From Epithemia pelagica (lineage: Eukaryota; Protista; Bacillariophyta), in assembly GCA_946965045.2 (NCBI GenBank), contig OX337229.1, forward strand, positions 6,271,244-6,335,243: a stretch of 64,000 nucleotides of DNA. Reading direction: 5' to 3'. A program made the translations under genes and the position numbers. The notes beneath the pieces are model-generated. The model searched no databases. It saw only the letters and a list, made by a program, of their open reading frames with translations, and had not been told where the DNA came from. Shown here piece after piece: positions 1-8,720 of the stretch. Position 1 is the stretch's first letter. Each line of letters begins with the position of its first letter.

Positions 1-2
1 TG

Positions 3-1922
3 ATCTCTGTCGATCGACCTGAACGGACAACCATATTCCGTATCGGAGACCACAATGGTTCGTATTCGGCTTTTTGGGGGTATGCTACCAATGTAGATGG
101 TACTTGCCAAATAAACCATTTACCATCGTGTACAGAGTGTAAGAAAAGACGACTCCAGCGTCTGCAATGCGGATTCCAAGTTGGTAACACGGCTCGTGAT
201 ATATGCGAGTCATGCTCTGACTGGAGAATCGAAGACCCGAACTTCGTTTTCGTAGCACCAGCCGATTACCCGCAGGTCTATGATCAATCGCCAAATGCTC
301 CTAAGCCCCCAATTCTCCGCGATTTGTGGCACCGTATCGAGGACATACCAGTGAGCGAGACAGATCCTTCTTCCGAGGTGACCGATGATGTTGTTACCGT
401 GGTGGATAGCAACAATGACGTCGTTGGCCAGGTTCGAAAGAAACGTCGGAAGAAGTCAAGAAAGAAACCGACCAAAAGAATCCTTCTTCGATCCGTTAAG
501 CTTACGGTTAGTTGGCTCAAACAAGCTGTTCTGTTCGCATGTCACAACGTGACCCATCAGACAATACAGAGCGATGGTTCGAGGAAAAAATTCTGGACGA
601 AAGGAAATTTCAATGCGTTCTTAAAGACTTGCGCACTTACAAACCGCATGACAGAGTCAATATACCAACAATGCACGACTTCCGAAGGAGATATATGCTT
701 CCCAACAAGTTGGAAGGAGATTGGAGCACTGGCCAAATGCCATTTCGCTCCGATGCACATGCTCTTTTTGGGCCACGCGAAAAGTAATTTGGAGATGGTG
801 TCGAAATGGCTTGGGAAATACAATCGTCTTGCTCCTTTTGGTAAGCAAGTGAACAAAGTGCTGGAGGGCATCAGGTCGCTGCGGGCGACGAAGTTCTTTT
901 GTGCGCAGCCACTATCCACGTCCTCTTGGGGTACTGGAGTTTGGGTGTCCGAGAATTATTTACTCGGTGCAAGAATTTGGAGGTTTCTGATGTCGCTTCC
1001 AAGTATATGTGACAGTCGATGGTTCCGCACTCCAGGGTACAAGGACGAATGGCGCTCACTTAGCCGCTTTATAACCAGCATGGCCATGTGCTTGGGACGG
1101 ATAATGACAAATTGCAAGACCATCGGTCACTTGGAAGATTATATCCACTTGTATATGGATCATATGGCGGAGGTAGATCTCATTCTCTTCGAGTCTGATC
1201 GACAGAAGAAAAATCCCAATTTTACTAAGTCCAATTCTTTGGGTATCCTATCGTGCGCTACAGCTCATTCCGAGATGGGTCCAGCGATACTACACTGGGA
1301 AGGGGGGTGGGAGGGCGAGAGAAAGATTCAACAAGTCAAACCATTGTTATCCATTAAGAGGAGCACAGCTGATTGGACCACCATAACAATGTGAAAACTA
1401 TACCAATACGACACACTACAGTGGATGCTGAACCAAGCAGATGCATCAAAGGAGAAGTCTCGAATGAATAGGGAAAGTGATTCGATGATAAGGATCTTCA
1501 AAAGCCGTTCCGAAATGGAGGACCATTTATCCGAGAATGGTATTCTTTGTGGTGTACTTGGCCGTGATAACAATGCTTACATAGCATATAGACCCATTGG
1601 TGAAGAAACTGGTAATACCAGGCGCCTGGTAAAATTGTGCCGATTACGCTTCCAAGATGAAATAGGAGAATGGACACAAACAATGTGTTGGGTGGCACCG
1701 GTGTTGGGGACAAGCGAAACACGTCTATTCCAGTCTGTTGCTGAGATGAAGAAGGATTTTGTGCAAGAAGTATTGCTCCTTATACCACTGACATCGTCAA
1801 CGACTGGGAATTTTATTAACTCATACTACACCGTTGGGAATCTATGGAGAGAAAGGTGGAATGATGGATCATATCGACTGGTCCCCATCGAAGCTATCAC
1901 GAATAATGTGGACAATAGTTGA
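3..1922 (+). pseudogene. CACTA/EnSpm-Plavaka-like DDE transposase, 5'-partial, interrupted by one in-frame TGA (1392-1394)
   Basis: Frame 3 is open from nt 3 to 1394 (ISVDRPERTTIFRIGDHNGSYSAFWGYA..., CTEC...CESC). Motifs APMHMLFLGHAK and MGPAILHWEGGWEGERKIQQVKP resemble the DxMH...G and GP...W...ER motifs of CACTA-clan transposases. ORF 1425..1922 is in the same frame, with no further stop between 1395 and 1424. Confidence 0.65.
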
Positions 1923-1978
1923 ACTATATTGGCTTATATATTACTATAGATATACTTCGTATGGAGACGTTGCGAGAA

Positions 1979-3424
1979 TCATTCGTTCGGGGAATGTTCA
2001 ATGGGAGTAACTTGCCATGGATAGTTGAGACGGTCAGATATAATGGACCATCCATGTAGTCGACGGTGGGTTTTCATTTGTTTCCTGAGATACCCACATC
2101 TCTCGATAGCACGGAGGATAGAGGTTGTGAATCGTAGACTTTCTTGTTCATGTTCGTCACTTGCCTTTGTCACTTGCTCGTGTAATTCAGACGATGTGAT
2201 CCAACCACCAGGTACATGGTGCTCAACAAGAAAGCAAATCATGTGATAAAGACACAGTATCTTTGAATCCAGAGAGAAGTTACTTGAAATGAACGAGACT
2301 TGATTTGTCCATTTTAGTACACAAGAAAGAGTGCGGCGACTTACACTAGCTCTGCTCCATGTTGGTTCCGGTATCGACTTGATGTTATCTGGCGGCGTGT
2401 TATTCAGTAATGGTAGCAACCTGTTTTTCGTTCCAGCTCTGGTACCGAGGCAACGGCGAGGGATGAAGATGATAAGACCAATGCCCCAGGTTTCATGGGA
2501 GCTCATGGACGTAAACTTAGCGATGCATCTTGTTCGTCGATCTGGAATTGTTGGAAGAAGTTCCTGGACTTTGCGAAAATAAGGCAAGGGATTAGAGCAA
2601 TTGAGACCTGTTGTTACTCCACGTGGGTCCATCCGGTTTTTAGACGATTGTAGATGTGAGTCATAGTGATATCCAGACAAAACCACACCGCATTTACACC
2701 ATTTACCGAGTGTGACGAAAGCCACGCGGTCAATAAATTCCTTTGGTCCATTCATTGTTAAAAGCATTGTGTCCATTCGAGCACCGGTGAGTATTTCATC
2801 AACGATGATATGAAAATCATGATGCTTCGACAACAGACCGACTCTTTTTAGAAATCGATTGCTCAATGTGCAACCATTCGAGGCCAACAGTAGCTCGAGG
2901 AAAAGAACAGTCACGCGCTGGCCGATTGCTTCTTGGTAAATACATCTCTTGTGAAGACCTTGGAGACATAAATCCTCGTAGGAAATTTGTCCTCGTTCTC
3001 CCATGACACCTTCAATGCAGTAGGGTAGGGCGATGGTCCTCGACCGTGCTGGGACAGAGATATCATTGCTTGTGGGTTCATGAATGTAAGATGGGCCTTC
3101 ATTGACGCGGAAGTCGGCTGTAGACCAGGGTTGTAAAGGACCCAAATCTCCAGCGACATAACTTCCACAGCCAATGAGGACACCATGAGTGTCCCCGTTG
3201 CATAAGCTTGTAATAGCGAACAAATTGGCGTCGGATCCATTGGGAGTAAGTTTCTCTAAATTGAAATATCCATTTGTAGTGTTCTTGATAATCGCACGAA
3301 GTTCGATCTCTGATCTCTTGTCGGATGATATATAAGAATCAACTGCTTTACGTTTCGTTGACTGCCGGCGTAAATCGGGTAGAACATACGACGCACCCCA
3401 GTTATTTGCAAAATCGTCCGCCAT
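1979..3424 (-). CDS. Protein with a class-III (fold type I) PLP-dependent aminotransferase-like domain, 481 aa, intronless
   Basis: VLFLELLLASNGCTLSNRFLKRVGLLSKHHDFHIIVDEILTGAR...VAFVTLGKW aligns by eye with the class-III pattern AVIVEP...G....FL..LRELC..HGILLIxDEVQTGFGR...PDIVTLGK, including the PLP-binding Asp and the Schiff-base Lys. The flanking regions are divergent. Confidence 0.7.
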   Translation of the reverse strand: MADDFANNWGASYVLPDLRRQSTKRKAVDSYISSDKRSEIELRAIIKNTTNGYFNLEKLTPNGSDANLFAITSLCNGDTHGVLIGCGSYVAGDLGPLQPWSTADFRVNEGPSYIHEPTSNDISVPARSRTIALPYCIEGVMGERGQISYEDLCLQGLHKRCIYQEAIGQRVTVLFLELLLASNGCTLSNRFLKRVGLLSKHHDFHIIVDEILTGARMDTMLLTMNGPKEFIDRVAFVTLGKWCKCGVVLSGYHYDSHLQSSKNRMDPRGVTTGLNCSNPLPYFRKVQELLPTIPDRRTRCIAKFTSMSSHETWGIGLIIFIPRRCLGTRAGTKNRLLPLLNNTPPDNIKSIPEPTWSRASVSRRTLSCVLKWTNQVSFISSNFSLDSKILCLYHMICFLVEHHVPGGWITSSELHEQVTKASDEHEQESLRFTTSILRAIERCGYLRKQMKTHRRLHGWSIISDRLNYPWQVTPIEHSPNE

Positions 3425-4250
3425 TAGATGGACTGTTGTATGACTGTTGAATGGAATGCTTCAACGACTGTTTAGTAGAAGAAAAGGATATAACTTGAAA
3501 CAAACGATACAGAATGTGATCTTAAAAATAAGCATGTGAAAAAAAGGAAACGAGAGAGAGATGAGAGAGACGAGACGAGAGACACACACACAAAAATATC
3601 TTTTGAAATATACAGGGTCCTTGAAAAAAGTGAGGCGAAATATGCACGAAAGGAAAGAAGGGTCGGCTTACTTTTGATTGTTGTTGCAAGACCAAATGAG
3701 TTCAAAACCGTGAATGACTTCTTTTGTAATATTTGCTATACTGATTTGATTTAACAATATTCGTCTTACTACCTAGAAGTTGTGTTATTTGATTTGAGTG
3801 GGAGCATGAAAACTGCTCTACGTAAAATCGTTTCAAACGAAGGAGTATGAATATGAATATTATACAAATATTGCATAACTGGCCTATCGTATAGGGGAAT
3901 ATGGGTGTATGGTGTAAAATTACATAAGGGTCATTGAAAGAGTTGAATATTGATATATATATAACCCCATGGTTTGAAACGATATATAAGTATTATTGTG
4001 TTTCTTAGGACATGTGTTGTCAGGCGTATGAGTCAACTTAGACCATACGCATGTCTGTTAGTAAAATACATAGACAAAATCAAAACAATCATTGGATGTC
4101 AGTGGTTTGGAATATCATACAATATTGCAGACTAACGATATATGCACGCCGGATGAGCATGAGAACGCGGGTTATAGAGAGAGAGGACCACACACATGGT
4201 ATAAAGGATGTGTAGGTGTAAAACTGTGTGGTGAGCAGAAATCCAAAAAT

Positions 4251-5369
4251 ATGTCTGTGTCGTCCTCGTCGTCTTCGTCTTCGTCTTCGTCTTCGTCGCC
4301 AGGGTATGGAAATACCGTTTATGTGAACGACGTCCCGTATTTCGATTGGACATTAATGGATAATATCCGGATTGGCTCGTTTATGGCCATTCAATTGCGA
4401 GAGGACGACGAGGATTCGAAGGAAATAACTATCGCGCGGTTGGAGGAACGGGTGAAAGATGAAGATGATGATCCAGATTCAGAAAAAACCACTATCAGAA
4501 TTCGGCTGTTTCTTCCATTGTTTCGCAGTAATCGCTTGAAGTGGTATCCAAATCTTCCATCACACACGCGCAACAAGATACAGAACGGGTGTGGATCTAA
4601 GAACGATGAAGTTTACGAATCAAGAGAAGTTCTGTGGATTGATGGGGAAAAACCAGACTACAAAGTAAAGTTGCTATTTCCGGTTTTTGTTTTTACTCTA
4701 CGTGAGTTGGAGAAAAGTGGTAATGCATGGGCAGAAGGAATGTGCAACGTGTATGTCGTCAGATTTTGGCATAACACGATCAATTCTTATGTGAAGCCTA
4801 CAAGACATCGCCTCGAGGAACTCCCACCTACGGTTACTATGGGTTTCCCAAATACCCATCCTGGGTATGACCATCCATCGAATCTTGTGGTTCCAAGACG
4901 ATGTCTACATCGTAGTATTTGGATTGGATTATACAATCTACAAAAAAAAATGGACAAGGAATTGAACAAACTGGGCGGTCTATCAACTACTTCTACTCAA
5001 CGAGAAGTGTCGTTGAAGGTTGGGTATTATTTTCCGAATGAATGCATTCAATATATCCATACAGTGGCTAATTCGGTTGTATCTCGTCAGAGTCTTGTTA
5101 TGTCCTGCCATGGAGGGATTCTGAGTTTTGAGAAACATGAAGACTTGTTGTATCTCAATTCCCTTTTCGGAAAACATGCGAGTTCGTCATCGGGAGTGCG
5201 TTCTATCCCTGTTGGTGGATCGATCAGTGAAAAACCACTCAAGCGACGACTACATCTTAACAATGATGCGGAAAAAGAGAATGCCGAGAAAAATGATAAA
5301 AAGGAAAGTAGTGTTGCTGATGCTTCTGACGATGGTAAACGTCGACGACGATGTGACGAGAGAAAATAA
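4251..5369 (+). CDS. Hypothetical protein (ORF 4092..5369, first ATG 4251), N-terminal poly-Ser, possible BAH-like beta domain
   Basis: Open 425-codon frame with a globular-looking middle (TIARLEE...IRIRLFLP...DEVYESREVLWID...LFPVFVFT) and a basic C-terminus. An intron near 5090 cannot be excluded. Confidence 0.5.
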   Translation: MSVSSSSSSSSSSSSSPGYGNTVYVNDVPYFDWTLMDNIRIGSFMAIQLREDDEDSKEITIARLEERVKDEDDDPDSEKTTIRIRLFLPLFRSNRLKWYPNLPSHTRNKIQNGCGSKNDEVYESREVLWIDGEKPDYKVKLLFPVFVFTLRELEKSGNAWAEGMCNVYVVRFWHNTINSYVKPTRHRLEELPPTVTMGFPNTHPGYDHPSNLVVPRRCLHRSIWIGLYNLQKKMDKELNKLGGLSTTSTQREVSLKVGYYFPNECIQYIHTVANSVVSRQSLVMSCHGGILSFEKHEDLLYLNSLFGKHASSSSGVRSIPVGGSISEKPLKRRLHLNNDAEKENAEKNDKKESSVADASDDGKRRRRCDERK

Positions 5370-5463
5370 AACCACAAAAGGATAAAAATATAACGAAGAC
5401 GATTAAACGGTTAGATGTGAACGGACTTAACTTTCAAGCAGTTAGTATCGACCGATTTATAAA

Positions 5464-5612
5464 TTATTCGGTTTGAAATTTTGTTTATTTGGTATTCGGT
5501 TAGCAATAAATCGAATTGGAAATGTTCGGTCGTTGTAACTGGATAAAAATGGAGGGAAGTGTCGTTCGCCTTATTCGGTTAGGGTTGGATCGATTAATTA
5601 ATATTCGGTTAA
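5464..5612. repeat. AT-rich cluster of five TTCGGT motifs, possible subterminal repeats of the left transposon block
   Basis: ttaTTCGGTtt, gtaTTCGGTta, atgTTCGGTcg, ttaTTCGGTta and ataTTCGGTta occur within ~150 bp just downstream of ORF 4092..5369. Confidence 0.5.
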
Positions 5613-6361
5613 CAGAATAGTTACTCAGTCTAGAAATGACTTGCAGTGTAGAGGAGAAGACTCATCTATCTATTATCCCACCTTTTGCTATGTGTTCTAG
5701 CTCCCGAGATTAGGGGTGCAAAGGGCAATATCAATAGGCAATATTATTCTAGATAACTCAATCTCCTACAATAAGGAAATGGAATGAACTCAGACTGGAT
5801 CTTAGTATTTACTATGGCCCTCGTGAATAATATCCAGTAGGGGCTTATCAGAGAACAATTTTACCGTAAGGACCCAGTCAAATTGTTTCGTGAGCAAGCA
5901 CAATCATAAAAGCTAACTGGGAAGGAAAACATCCAATGATGGTATCTGCACTTAGTGAATGAGTCGGCCATGGTCCCCGTACTGCCATGCCGTATCAATG
6001 ACATCTTACGCCCATACTCTCCAACCCATCTTCAAGGATTGACTTCACCCGTGAGTGACCCGGCGTGAGAGCAACAAACCAATTGCTTCGGAAGATTGTA
6101 ATCGCTTGACCGAGAGATGTCCTCATTTTTTTCGGGAGAGGTCAAGGACCAACCGATACATGCAAATCGGTAGGTGCACTTCTCGCCAATTGACCTCCGT
6201 GCCACTGATTCTTCAAAACCTTTTGGGCGCCCTTGTTTCGATCGACCTGCCCTCATCTTTTCTTTGTCTTTTTTTCTTGAAGGAAATTCAAGTCTTTACG
6301 CTATCTTTTGAATCCTTTTCCATCGTCTTTCACGTGGCATTTTTGCAGATCGGTTTCCACC

Positions 6362-8502
6362 ATGAAAGTTGCATCACTTCCACATTATGGCTCTTTCTCT
6401 CTTGGCCCCAGCACGCTCCTCTGCTTTTTCTTGGTGGCTTTGAACTGTAAGGCATTTGCAATGGACAACACTGCGTCCTCGTTCGACCAAGACGAGCAAA
6501 GTCGACGTGAGCGCAAACTCAATTTCTTGCGAACAGCAGAACGCCTCTCGCTTGAGAAGTTTATCAAGAAAAACAGAATCAAGGACAAAGACCCAGACCA
6601 TCTTCCCCTCGTACTAGTCGAAAAACAAGATACTGGAGTGTGGTTCGATGAATGCTTCGTCTCGTTCGACAAAAGTCTTCTAAAAGAAATCAAGCTGTTT
6701 GGCCATGAGTCACATGTTATTGTTGACAATGTGGAGCAAACCACCAACATTCCCGCTATTTACAAGAGCAAAGACTGCGATGCAGCTGTTACTTTCACAT
6801 CCGAAGGCGCTTTGCATGCAGTGACATCATCAAGGAGCTCCGATGAAATCATCAAGGTGGGCCAGCATACTTATGTTCTTCTGAAGAAAGAAATCGCCGA
6901 AAAGCGCGAATTCTCTGGCCGGGTACTCCATGCGGTACACCCTCCTTCCAATGCCACTACGGGATCCAATCTTCGTCGACGGCAACAGACCGTAGCTCTC
7001 GAAGACATGATGATTCCAGGCCGTGCCCTAACGGAATCAACCTGTGATTCATACTGGGAGGTTGAGGTAATTTTCGTTGTCGATTCCCGAACGTGCCTAG
7101 ACCTGGGGGGTACAGATGAATTGGTCAAACTTGTATTCGTTCAGGTTCTAGAGAAAGTCAATGAGATTTATGATGCACTCTGCATCAAAATCTTGCCGAA
7201 GGATCTTATCATCTTTTGCGACCAAAACACTGATCCCATCCACCAGATGATCCAAGACAACCAGAACAACCTTTGCTCCAAAGGCCAAGGCCTTCTCAGG
7301 GAGTTCAGGAACGAACTTGTGAGTTCTTCGGGTATTGCAGGGCTTCGATTCAACGAATCAGATATCTGGCACCTGTACTATGGCTATGATTATGGAGATA
7401 CTATCGGCTGCGCGTATGTCAACACGCTTTGTCACGGCAATGGCTACAATCTGGCTGGTAGCGAGCTGATGTTCAGCGATATCATTGCTGATTTAGCTGC
7501 TCTCACAGCCCGTAAGTGATTCGCGCTTCGAATGCAATAATTCAAAACATGGTTCTCATAACTAACAATTGTAACTAACATTCGCCTGCAGATGAGATTG
7601 GACACAACTTTAACGGAGCACACGGCCTAGCTGATAGTGAAACCATAATGCAGGCTAGTATTTGCGATGCGTGTTCGACGTTCTCGCATGATAACACGGT
7701 AATTATCACGGACACTATGATAAACCATGAGGGACCGAGTTGCGTTGCCACATCCGAAGAATCGTTCTTTGACGACGACACCACACCTGCCCCCACCGAT
7801 TCCCCCACCTTGGCCCCTACTGATTCTCCGACAACTCAACCCACGGATTCACCTACATCTCGACCAACTCATGATCCAACCATGTCTCCGACAATGTTAC
7901 CTACGGCTGTTCCTACGTTGATGCCTACCGCAAGTCCCTCCTTTGCGCCAACTTCTTCAACTGCCATGCCGATTGCACCGCCGTCGCCCGCCCCGACCAA
8001 TTTACCTACTGGGGTACCCACCGAATGGCCGACTTCGCCGCCTACCGAACAACCGACCCTGACGCCTACGGCAAGGCCCACGTTGAAACCAACATCAACA
8101 CCCACATCAAGCCCAACCCCTGTGCCCACTGTTTCGCCTACTTCGGCACGGCCGACTTCGCCGCCTACCGAACAACCGACATCGACGCCAACAGAAAGGC
8201 CCACGTCGAGCCCAACATCAACACCAACATTGAGCCCAACCCCTGTGCCCACTGTTTCGCCTACTTCTACGCCAACATCGTCTCCGGTGACTCCGGTGCC
8301 CACTGTTTCGCCTACTTCTACGCCAACATCGTCTCCGGTGACTCCGGTGCCCACTGTTTCGCCTACCTCTAGGCCAACATCTTCTCCCGAGGAACACAAT
8401 GAAAAGAAGCCCAAGAGCGAGAAGAGCGAGAAGAGCGAGAAAAGTCGTAGGATCCGTTTGCGTTTTCTGCGACGAAATGGTGTACATCACTCATTACGTT
8501 GA
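6362..8502 (+). CDS. Secreted reprolysin/M12B-like zinc metalloprotease with a Pro/Thr-rich C-terminal stalk; 2 exons (6362-7511, 7592-8502)
   Basis: Signal-like N-terminus (LLCFFLVALNCKAFA). Intron 7512-7591 has GTAAGT, CTAAC branch-like motifs and CAG; splicing restores the zinc motif HEIGHNFNGAH followed by the Met-turn TIMQ. Upstream motifs EVEVIFVVD and TIGCAYVNTLC are reprolysin-like. Confidence 0.85.
7780..8385 (+). repeat. PTxxPT mucin-like coding repeats, including a tandem 51-bp (17-aa, PVTPVPTVSPTSTPTSS) duplication
   Basis: Directly visible in the translation of 7648..8502 and in the DNA at ~8284-8385. Confidence 0.85.
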
Positions 8503-8720
8503 AGAAGCTGTGAAGTCAATGCATGATACATAACCGCTTTCCTTCTCTACTCGCTATTATGCGACGGGTTGTACCATTCCATCTTCCTGGACGTCAATGA
8601 ATGCGAAAAGTTTTCAGAGAAGAGACTGCCAATCACTACACCCTTTTCATTCATATATGAATCAACCCATCTTAGAAATCATCAAGTAGACTCTTCATAA
8701 CCTTCGTGGAACTAAATATC

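Noticed and set aside
5411-5419. TTAGATGTG is the reverse complement of CACATCTAA at 52452-52460, suggesting TIRs of one 47-kb element
   Set aside because: Only 9 bp, found post hoc; the two transposases differ, the TTCGGT cluster continues past 5419 and no TSD could be shown.
5579-5587. Isolated TTAGGGTT as an interstitial telomere seed
   Set aside because: A single hexamer is expected by chance many times in 64 kb.
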